Shown here one piece after another: positions 52,121 through 60,503 of a stretch of DNA of 64,000 nt. Position 1 is the first letter of the stretch, and the number at the start of each line of letters is the position of its first letter. The position numbers were made by a program, and so were the translations under genes. The stretch covers positions 30,905-94,904 of the forward strand of contig JBBSXN010000005.1 of NCBI GenBank assembly GCA_038045765.1. The letters are read 5' to 3'. Source of the stretch: Nanobdellota archaeon. GTDB taxonomy: Archaea > Nanobdellota > Nanobdellia > Pacearchaeales > GW2011-AR1. The notes beneath the pieces were generated by a model. It was not told where the DNA came from and made no database searches. It saw only the letters and a program-made list of their open reading frames with translations.

Positions 52121-52876
52121 CTACTTCTTAGATATCTTCCAGAGAGTGTTAAAATAATGCATAAAACTGCTACTTACTTCTTTGCTTTCTATTAAAAAGA
52201 CATAGGGTTCAACTGCAAAAATTATAATGGCTACTTTATTTCTATAAATAACAATTTCCATGTTAGTTATAAGATTTTGTGGTAAAAATCTTAATTCTTT
52301 AGCCCAGCTATTAGGCTCAATGATTGATTCTCTTACGTCATGATTAGCCAACATTTTAACTCTTATTTTCTTTTCAGCTCTTTTTTTGTGATGAATATGA
52401 AAAAAATCTTTCAACTTTTCAACATCGTGAAAACCATATCCTGCCCCCATAACATAATAAGTTTCTCCTTTTTTCAGCTCTTCTCTCAAATTATTAAAAA
52501 TATTTGTAACTCCTTTATACCCGAAGTAAATTGCTGCTTCTGGTTGTTTTCCTGCATTCTCTAATTCCTTTTCTAGTTTTGGAAGAAGCTCTTCCATGAC
52601 TTTCTTCTTTTCTTCCAATTCTCTCTCTTTTTCTTCAATATATCTTATTATGTTTCTAGGTTCCATCGCCCTATAGTTCTTGACTTTTCCTTTCATAATG
52701 AATCCTACAAGTCCTTTCTTCTCCAATCTATCAAGAATTTTATATACTTTGGAAGAAGAAACACTTGCTTCTTTTGCAAGCTTTCCTGTCTTGCATAATC
52801 CTAGCCTGGTAAGTGCAAGGTATACTTTACTCTCTCCAACAGTCAAACCAATCTCTTCAAGTGCTTTGATTTCCAT
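52121..52876 (-). CDS. TrmB-family transcriptional regulator
   Basis: LEEIGLTVGESKVYLALTRLGLCKTGKLAKEASVSSSKVYKILDRLEKKGLV forms a wHTH. 251 aa. Confidence 0.7.
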   Translation of the reverse strand: MEIKALEEIGLTVGESKVYLALTRLGLCKTGKLAKEASVSSSKVYKILDRLEKKGLVGFIMKGKVKNYRAMEPRNIIRYIEEKERELEEKKKVMEELLPKLEKELENAGKQPEAAIYFGYKGVTNIFNNLREELKKGETYYVMGAGYGFHDVEKLKDFFHIHHKKRAEKKIRVKMLANHDVRESIIEPNSWAKELRFLPQNLITNMEIVIYRNKVAIIIFAVEPYVFLIESKEVSSSFMHYFNTLWKISKK

Positions 52877-52963
52877 AAATTTACCTCTTTTTCTAACTAT
52901 ATATAACTTACGACCCCCTTAGGTAACAATAATATTCAAATATGCCCTTTTTTGGCTATTTTT

Positions 52964-53605
52964 ATGACAAAGATAAAAAGAATATTGAAGTTAGTATCTT
53001 TAGCAGGAGCATTATTAGTTTCTAACGTTAATAGCAATGCTCAATCAGTGAAAGGTTCTTTGGAAGTTCTTGCAGGAGACAAAGCTGTAACTACAGATTT
53101 AAAGGTAGATACTAAACTATCAGATGAATTCAGTTTATTTGCTAGAAATAGAGTTGAAAATCCTTACCAAAAATTATCCGTTCCCCTAACATTAATAGAT
53201 TTGAAGTATAATGCTGGAAGCGGATTTTCTCCCCTAGTTGAAGGTTTATTTACTCAGAAGGATGGTGCAATCCCTAGAGTCGGTTTTACTTATCAAACTA
53301 AAGTCGGTGCATTTAATTTAGCTTATTTGAATATTTTTGATTTAAAGGATAATCCTTCCGTTGATTTACACCCTATAATTTCTTATTCGTATAGATTAAA
53401 TGGTAGATTGAATGCATTTACTCAATTAGAAGTATTATCCAACTTAAGTCTGCAAAAAGGAAATCATAATTTTACAAGCGAGAGAGCGAGGTTAGGTCTT
53501 GAATATAAAGGATTTAAATTTGGAGTTGGAGCTGATTTAAAGCAGACTGGCGATAAATTCAAACCAAGCCATAATTATGGAGTATTCATTTCAAAGAATT
53601 TCTAA
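52964..53605 (+). CDS. bacterial-OMP-like beta-barrel candidate with Sec signal peptide
   Basis: Start moved to ATG 52964: MTKIKRILKLVSLAGALLVSNVNSNAQS. Amphipathic alternating segments (RVGFTYQTKVGAFNLAYLNIF, ARLGLEYKGFKFGVGADLK). Ends NYGVFISKNF with a C-terminal Phe. Confidence 0.4.
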   Translation: MTKIKRILKLVSLAGALLVSNVNSNAQSVKGSLEVLAGDKAVTTDLKVDTKLSDEFSLFARNRVENPYQKLSVPLTLIDLKYNAGSGFSPLVEGLFTQKDGAIPRVGFTYQTKVGAFNLAYLNIFDLKDNPSVDLHPIISYSYRLNGRLNAFTQLEVLSNLSLQKGNHNFTSERARLGLEYKGFKFGVGADLKQTGDKFKPSHNYGVFISKNF

Positions 53606-53608
53606 ATT

Positions 53609-54187
53609 ATGAAAAATAGAATTGATTTGCTTGAAAAGATAATGCGAGATTTAAGAATTGAAGAGATACAGTATAAACCTGACTGCGATATGTCTAAAGT
53701 AAAAAATCTTGAAGAACAAGCAGATATATATGATCGTTTTGCAAGAAAAAAATTAAAAAGAGAATATTTAGATCTTGATTTACTTAAACAATCTGTAGCT
53801 GATGCTGTGGATATTGCTTTAAGACAAACTACATTCTTATTCAATGGAGAGCTTAATTGCGCTGTTAGTAGAATAAAGAATTTAACAAATGCTATTAATA
53901 ATACTAGTCTTGTAGATATGAATAAAAAATTAAAGTCTGATGGTAGGTATAAAGTTGAAGAATTTGGTAAAGTCATCAGAGAGTGTGCTGTAGAAAATTC
54001 TAGATTTGTTCAAGTTGATGTAGGAGATGTTAATGTCTCATATTCTAATGGAATAGATGCTGGTTGTAAATCTAATCAGTTAATTTACTTTAGAGATTTA
54101 CGTGCCGTGTATAAATCTTTAGGAAAAGGATTTACTAGTATCAGACCTTCATTAACTGTTGAATTTGATTTTAGTAAATTAGATTAA
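53609..54187 (+). CDS. hypothetical protein
   Basis: 192-aa ORF starting 3 nt after the upstream stop. No motif recognised. Confidence 0.4.
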   Translation: MKNRIDLLEKIMRDLRIEEIQYKPDCDMSKVKNLEEQADIYDRFARKKLKREYLDLDLLKQSVADAVDIALRQTTFLFNGELNCAVSRIKNLTNAINNTSLVDMNKKLKSDGRYKVEEFGKVIRECAVENSRFVQVDVGDVNVSYSNGIDAGCKSNQLIYFRDLRAVYKSLGKGFTSIRPSLTVEFDFSKLD

Positions 54188-54190
54188 AAA

Positions 54191-54452
54191 ATGTAGATGG
54201 GGAGATTGCCTGGTTTTCATATGGCAGTTGATCTCGAGTCATTCTCGGCTTTGCAACCCTGTAAGCACCATACTTCCTGCTTAGGGCTGCTCCGATCAAG
54301 GCCTGACCCATTTCACAAGAGTACGATCGAACAGGACAAAGCGTCAACGTTTGATACGAGACTGCAATATGTCTGCCTCACGCACTCCTTTAAGCTCCGC
54401 CATAAAGCCCGTTTGCGGATTGCATGGGGCTAGCATGCAAGCTCTTCTACAT
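54191..54452 (-). ncRNA. signal recognition particle RNA (7S/SRP RNA), ~262 nt
   Basis: GC-rich island in AT-rich DNA. The minus strand reads ...GGGUCAGGCCUUGAUCGGAGCAGCCCUAAGCAGG..., matching the helix-8 core (UCAGGNCC-loop-GGNAGCAGCC-AAGGCAG). Terminal helix AUGUAGA/UCUACAU. Alu-type hairpin loops AGCCC and GGGCU are complementary. TATA lies ~20 nt upstream and T5 follows the 3' end. Confidence 0.75.
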
Positions 54453-54471
54453 TTTAGACGAGATTAGAAGG

Positions 54472-54479
54472 TTTATAAG
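54472..54479 (-). promoter_or_regulatory. TATA box of the SRP RNA gene
   Basis: Minus strand CTTATAAA, with 19 nt between TTATAAA and the first nucleotide of the terminal helix. Confidence 0.4.
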
Positions 54480-54481
54480 CG

Positions 54482-54501
54482 TTTTGCCAACCTTGGCAAA
54501 A
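54482..54501 (-). terminator. 20-bp perfect palindrome TTTTGCCAACCTTGGCAAAA after the pyruvyl-transferase-like gene
   Basis: Read directly. Lies 8 nt downstream of the stop at 54510-54512 (minus strand). The stem is flanked by T/A runs. Confidence 0.4.
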
Positions 54502-54509
54502 TGAGGAAT

Positions 54510-55307
54510 TCATTCAAACTTATCATACGGAAATGAATCTAACAATGCTTTGTAGTTGAAATCTTTTATTTTTTCCTTTCCTTTCATTTTCAAAGCTTGT
54601 TCTATTGTTGATGCGTAGTCATTTAATGAACGATTTGTGCTTGCATAATAGTCATTGTATTTGAATGTGCCTTCATTCTTGAAGCTTGGTAGATTAGAAC
54701 TGTGAAGCCAACGTGCAGGAATTCCAAATGCTTCTGCTACTATTAATCCGTGTAATGAGCTGGAAATTATTAATTTACATTTTAATATGGATTTTATTAC
54801 TTTTTTCCAGTCTCCTGAAGGAGAGATTAAGTTAGGATTGTCTAAAAATAATGGCAAGTCTTTTACGTGTGGAATGATACCATATTCTTTTTTAGGGTTT
54901 GGCTTTAATTTTGGGAATAGATTTGGAAGAAGTAATGCAGGGTCTCCGTAAACTTCTGGGCAATCTATATTCATCTTCTGTTCGAGGTATCTTCTTGTTA
55001 ACGGACCTCTTACTGCTCTTATGTCTAAATCTTTCAAAGGATTGAAAAAAAGAGATAATCTCTTTTGTTTTTGCCAGCGAGGGTTTATGCCCGTACCCCA
55101 GATAATGTCTTGAGATTTAGCATAGTGAAATATAGAGCCAAGTGCAAGTAGCTTTCCAGATATATTTTTATCATTTGCGAGATTTATTGTTTTAATTTCT
55201 CTTTTGAGCAATTTTTCTACAATTACTCTAGATAACTGATCTCCGAAGTTAGAGAAACGAGTTTCATAATATCCTAATATCATTTTAGTAATATTCTTCG
55301 GAATCAT
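54510..55307 (-). CDS. polysaccharide pyruvyl transferase family protein (tentative)
   Basis: KCKLIISSSLHGLIVAEAFGIPARWL resembles the C-terminal 'RLHg.I.a...g.P' motif of CsaB/WcaK-type pyruvyl transferases. 265 aa. Confidence 0.5.
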   Translation of the reverse strand: MIPKNITKMILGYYETRFSNFGDQLSRVIVEKLLKREIKTINLANDKNISGKLLALGSIFHYAKSQDIIWGTGINPRWQKQKRLSLFFNPLKDLDIRAVRGPLTRRYLEQKMNIDCPEVYGDPALLLPNLFPKLKPNPKKEYGIIPHVKDLPLFLDNPNLISPSGDWKKVIKSILKCKLIISSSLHGLIVAEAFGIPARWLHSSNLPSFKNEGTFKYNDYYASTNRSLNDYASTIEQALKMKGKEKIKDFNYKALLDSFPYDKFE

Positions 55308-55455
55308 CCTGAACTATCTGCCTTTTTATTCTTCTTAAATCAGAAGTTATATTTCTTCTTTGTTTTGGTTTTTTAGAAAGAAAAACTATTAGCACTATGA
55401 AGAAAACTAATAAAAGTAAAGTTGTTGAAGTCAAAAGAACGCTTATTAATTCCAT
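55285..55455 (-). CDS. unannotated 56-aa single-TM micro-ORF
   Basis: Own translation: MELISVLLTSTTLLLLVFFIVLIVFLSKKPKQRRNITSDLRRIKRQIVQDDSEEYY. Overlaps the start of the downstream gene by 23 nt. Confidence 0.3.
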   Translation of the reverse strand: MELISVLLTSTTLLLLVFFIVLIVFLSKKPKQRRNITSDLRRIKRQIVQDDSEEYY

Positions 55456-55497
55456 GTTTCTTCTGACAATTTAAGGTATATAAAATTAATTGTATTA

Positions 55498-57147
55498 TTA
55501 CATTTCATCTACTGGTGTTATTCCTATTAGATTCAAAGAAGTATTAAGAGTAATTTGAAAAGATTTTATCAAAGAAAGTCTAAAGGATTCTTCTTCCGAA
55601 CCTATAACCTGACATGAATGATAAAACTCATTAAAACATTGTGCTAATTCATAAGAGTATTCTGCTATTGTGTGTGGTGAATAATCTCTTGCTGATTTTT
55701 CCACTACTTCTGGAAATGAATTTATTTTCTTTGCAAGTAAAAATTCTTTCTCAGCTATTGATTTAGGAAAGGATAATTTGCCTGTTTTTTTCTTGACTTT
55801 GCTTAAAATTGATGAGGCTCTTGCGTAAGTGTATAATATATAGGGTCCAGATTTACCTTCAAAACTTAATGCCGTTTTCCAGTCAAATATTATGTCGTGC
55901 AATCTGTTATTCTGTAAATCATGATAAATAATTGATGCTAGTGCTACCTGCTTAGCAATTTTGTCTTTATTCTTCAAAGAAGGATTCTTTTCGTTAATTA
56001 TTTTTTTTATCTCCTCTTCTGCCTTTTCAAGAAGAGATTCAAATAATATTATATTGCCGGTTCTTGTAGACATTTGTGAATCTTCAAAACGTAACCTTCC
56101 AAATTTTACATGTTCTAATTTATTTCTATTTATTCCTAATCTCTCTGCAGCCTCGAAAACTTGTTCAAAATGCAGTGATTGTGCATTGTCTACCACATAA
56201 AGAATCTTATCAGGTTTTGACTTCATTCTCTCTACAATTGCTGCTAAATCTCTTGAAGCGTATGTAGATGCTTCATCAGATTTTTGTAGTATCAATGGGG
56301 GTCTTTCTCCAGGTTGTTTAATCACTAAAGCACCTTCGCTTTCTTCTGCAATATGTCTTTGCTTTAAATCAGCCACTAATGTCTTTACAGAATCTTTGAA
56401 ATAGCTTTCTCCTTTAATTTCATCAAATTTAATACCAAGTATCTTATAGGTTTTATCAAACTCCTTTAGTGATATCTCTCTAAATAACTTCCAGAGTTTG
56501 AGATTTTCTTTATCTCCTAATTCAAGTTTTTTAAATTCATTTCGGGCATTTTCCTCTAATTCTGGATTCTTTTCTGCTTCAGTGTGAAACTTAATGTATA
56601 GTTCATTTAATGATTCTATATTATTTATATTTAATTTTCCTCTGAATTTTTTATATGCTACGAGAAGCTTTCCAAATTGAGTACCCCAATCTCCTAGATG
56701 ATTTATACTCCTCACTTTGTATCCTGAAAATTCTAAAGTGTTGTAGATTGCATGCCCTATTAGGGTTGAACGAAGATTGTGTATTCCGAAGTGTTTCGCG
56801 ACATTAGGATGAGAGTAATCAATCAAAATCTTGCCCTTTAGTTTAGATTTTCCAAAATCTTTTTTTCCAGATTCTTTTAAAGCTGTTTTCACAAAATTAG
56901 ATTTGTTTACAAAGAAATTAACATAGGGTCCTTTTGCCTCTATTTTTTCAAATTCAGAAGATTTTATTCTTTTTGATAGGTCTTCTGCTATATGTATCGG
57001 AGATTTCTTCAATTCTTTTGCTAATGTAAAACAAGGGAAAGCATAATCTCCGAGTTCTGGTGAGGGAGGAATTTCTATTAACTTTTCTATATCTTCTTTA
57101 TTTAAGCTGATATTTTTAGATAGTAATTGTGCTATTTCAGATTTCAT
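55498..57147 (-). CDS. argS: arginine--tRNA ligase
   Basis: SHPNVAKHFGIHNLRSTLIG (HIGH-type ArgRS signature). 549 aa. DALR-type C-terminus ending ...DEM. Confidence 0.9.
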   Translation of the reverse strand: MKSEIAQLLSKNISLNKEDIEKLIEIPPSPELGDYAFPCFTLAKELKKSPIHIAEDLSKRIKSSEFEKIEAKGPYVNFFVNKSNFVKTALKESGKKDFGKSKLKGKILIDYSHPNVAKHFGIHNLRSTLIGHAIYNTLEFSGYKVRSINHLGDWGTQFGKLLVAYKKFRGKLNINNIESLNELYIKFHTEAEKNPELEENARNEFKKLELGDKENLKLWKLFREISLKEFDKTYKILGIKFDEIKGESYFKDSVKTLVADLKQRHIAEESEGALVIKQPGERPPLILQKSDEASTYASRDLAAIVERMKSKPDKILYVVDNAQSLHFEQVFEAAERLGINRNKLEHVKFGRLRFEDSQMSTRTGNIILFESLLEKAEEEIKKIINEKNPSLKNKDKIAKQVALASIIYHDLQNNRLHDIIFDWKTALSFEGKSGPYILYTYARASSILSKVKKKTGKLSFPKSIAEKEFLLAKKINSFPEVVEKSARDYSPHTIAEYSYELAQCFNEFYHSCQVIGSEEESFRLSLIKSFQITLNTSLNLIGITPVDEM

Positions 57148-57177
57148 GATAATAGATTAGAAAGATAATTAATAAAA

Positions 57178-57465
57178 CTATTCTTTGAGCTGGTGGCCGC
57201 ACTCTGTACAAAACTTCTCATTTTCATCTATAGGTTTTTTGCATCCTGGGCAATTAGTTAGTGGAACAACCATCTTTCCTCCACATTGAGGACAGAACTT
57301 TTGATCTGGGTCTCCACCTCGACCACATTTACTGCATTTTGGAGGAACTTTCTTTCTTTCTACAATTGTTTTATAACCTGCCTTACCACCAGATACTATT
57401 TTCGAAAAGGCATCTTGGATAGAGTCGGTATTTTGAAATTTTCTTAAGTCTAAATTGCTTCCCAT
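57178..57465 (-). CDS. double zinc-ribbon protein
   Basis: CSKCG...CPQCG...CPGC...CTECG: four CxxC pairs in the C-terminal 55 aa. Confidence 0.5.
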   Translation of the reverse strand: MGSNLDLRKFQNTDSIQDAFSKIVSGGKAGYKTIVERKKVPPKCSKCGRGGDPDQKFCPQCGGKMVVPLTNCPGCKKPIDENEKFCTECGHQLKE

Positions 57466-57512
57466 TTTATCTCTTTTTTATGAAAAACAGATAGAAACTA
57501 GTTTTATAAATA

Positions 57513-57836
57513 TTATTGTTGTTTTGAACTATTTAACGGATATTTATTTCTAATCATCTCTAACTTATTTATAAATGCCTTTTCTAAATTAATATTTGTT
57601 TGGTTTGATAATTTTAGTATTAAATATAATATGTCTCCTAGTTCTTCATCCATATTTATATTTGAGTTTGAAGTATGTTGTCCTCCATAATTCTTCATTT
57701 TCAGAACATTTCTTGCAATCTCTCCTAGCTCTTCAATTATATGTAATACTGTATCTGTCTCAGTAGTTTGCCAATTTCTCTCTTTGACAAAGATATCGAT
57801 CATCTCTTGAGCTTGTTTTATAGTAACATTTTCCAT
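57513..57836 (-). CDS. MazG-type nucleoside triphosphate pyrophosphohydrolase
   Basis: EELGEIARNV and EELGDILYLILKLSN are the paired EExx(E/D) helices of the MazG fold. 107 aa. Confidence 0.75.
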   Translation of the reverse strand: MENVTIKQAQEMIDIFVKERNWQTTETDTVLHIIEELGEIARNVLKMKNYGGQHTSNSNINMDEELGDILYLILKLSNQTNINLEKAFINKLEMIRNKYPLNSSKQQ

Positions 57837-57880
57837 ATAGTTCCTACATTTTTCTTCTTTTTAATGTTTGTTAATATCGA

Positions 57881-57952
57881 AGCCTCTACCGGGGATTGAA
57901 CCCGGGACCCCAAGTTTACGAAACTTGTACTCTACCGCTGAGCTATAGAGGC
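57881..57952 (-). tRNA. tRNA-Thr (anticodon CGU)
   Basis: Minus strand GCCUCUA-UA-GCUC-AGCGGUA-GAGU-A-CAAGU-UUCGUAA-ACUUG-GGGUC-CCGGG-UUCAAUC-CCCGG-UAGAGGC-U. A full cloverleaf was folded by hand. CCA is not encoded. Confidence 0.9.
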
Positions 57953-57957
57953 AAATT

Positions 57958-57971
57958 AGAACCAAGGTTCT
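57958..57971. promoter_or_regulatory. palindrome AGAACC-AA-GGTTCT 5 nt upstream of the tRNA 5' end
   Basis: Read directly. A related AAGAACC-N6-GGTTCTT sits at 43624-43643. Confidence 0.3.
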
Positions 57972-58226
57972 AAGACTCCTTGTTTTAAGACTTCTTTTAA
58001 TTCCTATAAATAATTGAGTTTTTAAGGTTTTTAGATAAATAATAACTAATCCTATTTCCACATTCTAGATAATTAAAAATAAAAGTTAATTATTGTAATT
58101 ATATTTTATATTCGATGAAATTGAATTTTTTTTTAACATAGATTGTATTAATTGATTAAAATTTATGCTGGCTTGAATTTGGAAAAGGTTTATATACTAA
58201 TAGTTAGTAGTTAATTTTGTAAAAAG

Positions 58227-60197
58227 ATGGTTTCAAAAAAAGAGAGTTTAATTTTATTCGGCTTTGCTTTAGTTTTGACGGTGTTGTTATCAATAAGTTT
58301 TGTCGCTTCAACCGTTGTTTTAGTTAATCCATTAAATAATACTCTTGGACAAAATATTTCAAAAACTAACATTTTCTTCAACGTTACTGCTATTAACTCT
58401 TCACTGGGTATTGCGAATCCTCTAAACGTTACATTCTATGCTAGTCCTAATGGTAATGGCACTTGGTTGCTTATAGGAAATCATACTGCTGGATGCGTTC
58501 CAGTTGTTGCGACTGCCGCTTATAACATGTCTTGTGGGATATTATTGAATATAACTAACAGTCAAATTACAGATGGAAACTATACTATTAATGCTACTGT
58601 GTCTAATGCGACAGGTAATATGAGTGGGACCATGGGTGTTAATTTGACTATGAGTGTAACTATTGATGGTACTGCTCCTGCAGTTGTTGCTAACTTGACT
58701 CCTAGAACAGGGTATAATTTATCTAATGCAACTACTGGTGCATATACTATTAATGTTTCAATAATTGATGCTTTATCTAATTTGGGCTCAGTTTACTTTA
58801 ATATAACTAATGCTTCTAGTACTCAAGTTGCTTATTTAACTGCAACAAATGCCAGCGCTGGAGCGGCTTATAATAATAGGTATTTCAATGCTACTTGGAA
58901 CGTTACTGCATTTAATGATGGTTTGTATAATATAACAATATTAGCTAATGATACTTTAGGTAATATGAATTCTTCTGTTAGATTACAAATTAGATTAGAT
59001 TCTGTTAATCCTAATGCTGTAGCTGCTAACATTACATCTGTGGGTACTGGGCATAATATAACTGGTACTTATGTGTTTAATTTCTCAGTATCTGATTTGA
59101 ATAGTAGTATCGGAAGTGTTACTCTCGGTATAGTCAATGGTACTAATTCAACTAATGTTTCTGCTACCTTTTTGGCTGATAATCGTTGGTCTGCTTCTGT
59201 AAATACTGCATCTTATGCTGATGGAAGTTATAATATTACGATTGTTGTAAATGATACTGCTGGAAATCAAAATAGCACTAATGTCCTTGATCTTAGATTT
59301 GATAATACTGCCCCTTCAGTTTCTTTGTCTTGTACTCCTAATCCTGTTGAACAGGGAGATACTATAACTTGTACATGTTCTTCTAGTGATGCACATTCTG
59401 GAATAAGAAGCACTGGTTCTGCAAGTACTACTGATACTGCTAGTAGTGGACCACACACATCTACTTGTTCAGCCACAAACATGGCTAACTTAACTGGAAG
59501 TACTACTTATGATTATACTGTTTCAGGTGGAAGCACAGGATCTGGCTCTTCCGGAAGTGGAAGTGGATCTAGTGGAACTACAACTGGTGCTTCGACTGGA
59601 AAAGTTCAAAGAACTTTTGAATCTATAAGTGCTGGAGATTCTAAGACTATCTCAGGGTTAGATTCTAGTTTTGGTTTAAAGAGTTTAGAAATAACTGTAA
59701 ATAATAAAGTTCAAGATGTTAAAGTTACCATTAATAAGTTTAATGATAAACCTAGTGGTGCAGTTAGTAAGGGTGGAAAAGTTTACAAATATTTAGAAAT
59801 AAGTGCTACAAATGTTGATGGAAAGATTAGTAGTGCAACTATAACTACATTAGTTAGTAAGAAATGGGTTACAGATAATCAATTGAGTAAAGATAAAGTT
59901 GCTTTATTTAGACTAGTGAATAGTGCTTGGGTAGAATTGCCTACAACGATCACTGAAGAAGGAGATAATTATGTATTAGCTTCTATTTCTCCTGGATTTA
60001 GCTTCTTTAGTATAGCTGAGAAGGTTACTCCTGCTAAAGATGCTGAAGCTGTTGCTAAAGATACTGCTCCTGCTGGAACGCCTGAAGTCGTTAAGTCGAG
60101 TAATTCAATGAAATGGATAATTGGAATAGTAGTATTGCTAGTAATTGTATTGGTTGTCTTTTTAGTTAAAAAAAAAGTGACTTCGGGGAAAAAGTAA
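58227..60197 (+). CDS. S-layer/surface glycoprotein candidate: three Ig-like repeats, Ser/Gly linker, PGF-pre-PGF-type domain, TM anchor
   Basis: Signal LILFGFALVLTVLLSISFVAS. More than 30 N-x-S/T sequons in the first ~420 aa (my count). Repeats G.YNITI..ND..GN.NS x3. VYKYLEISATN...VALFRLVNSAWVELPT...YVLASISPGFSFFSIAEK matches the PGF-pre-PGF pattern. C-terminal TM plus KKKV. Confidence 0.65.
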   Translation: MVSKKESLILFGFALVLTVLLSISFVASTVVLVNPLNNTLGQNISKTNIFFNVTAINSSLGIANPLNVTFYASPNGNGTWLLIGNHTAGCVPVVATAAYNMSCGILLNITNSQITDGNYTINATVSNATGNMSGTMGVNLTMSVTIDGTAPAVVANLTPRTGYNLSNATTGAYTINVSIIDALSNLGSVYFNITNASSTQVAYLTATNASAGAAYNNRYFNATWNVTAFNDGLYNITILANDTLGNMNSSVRLQIRLDSVNPNAVAANITSVGTGHNITGTYVFNFSVSDLNSSIGSVTLGIVNGTNSTNVSATFLADNRWSASVNTASYADGSYNITIVVNDTAGNQNSTNVLDLRFDNTAPSVSLSCTPNPVEQGDTITCTCSSSDAHSGIRSTGSASTTDTASSGPHTSTCSATNMANLTGSTTYDYTVSGGSTGSGSSGSGSGSSGTTTGASTGKVQRTFESISAGDSKTISGLDSSFGLKSLEITVNNKVQDVKVTINKFNDKPSGAVSKGGKVYKYLEISATNVDGKISSATITTLVSKKWVTDNQLSKDKVALFRLVNSAWVELPTTITEEGDNYVLASISPGFSFFSIAEKVTPAKDAEAVAKDTAPAGTPEVVKSSNSMKWIIGIVVLLVIVLVVFLVKKKVTSGKK

Positions 60198-60251
60198 AGT
60201 ATAATCCTTCTGGAAGTAAAAGTATAAAAGTCCATTAGTTCTTATTTTGTT

Positions 60252-60461
60252 ATGGATAATATAAGTTATTGGAAAAACCCCCTAGATTTTTTTAAAAAGG
60301 CCGGACCTGGTGCTTTATTTCTCATTATTGCTTTAGCTTTGATGTTTATAGGGGCTCTAGTTCCTGCATTAAGCTTGTTATATAAGTCAGGATTAGTAAT
60401 ATTTGGATTTCTTTTTTTAGTTGTGGTTATCTGGATAGTCTTTAGTTGGTTTCATTTATAG
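60252..60461 (+). CDS. small membrane protein (2 TM)
   Basis: 69 aa with two hydrophobic helices. Confidence 0.4.
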   Translation: MDNISYWKNPLDFFKKAGPGALFLIIALALMFIGALVPALSLLYKSGLVIFGFLFLVVVIWIVFSWFHL

Positions 60462-60503
60462 TATGGAAAGGCTTAAATAAGATATATTTCTAAATAAAGT
60501 TGC

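Noticed and set aside
54197-54433. 78-aa plus-strand ORF in the ORF track
   Set aside because: It lies entirely inside the GC-rich SRP RNA gene on the opposite strand. The open frame is a by-product of GC-rich structured RNA.
57861-58061. 66-aa minus-strand ORF
   Set aside because: It reads through tRNA-Thr (57881-57952) and its AT-rich upstream region, and has no coding features.
57881-58226. tRNA-adjacent integrated element
   Set aside because: No integrase, no direct repeat of the tRNA 3' end, and no compositional shift. The long spacer is better explained as the promoter region of the surface glycoprotein gene.
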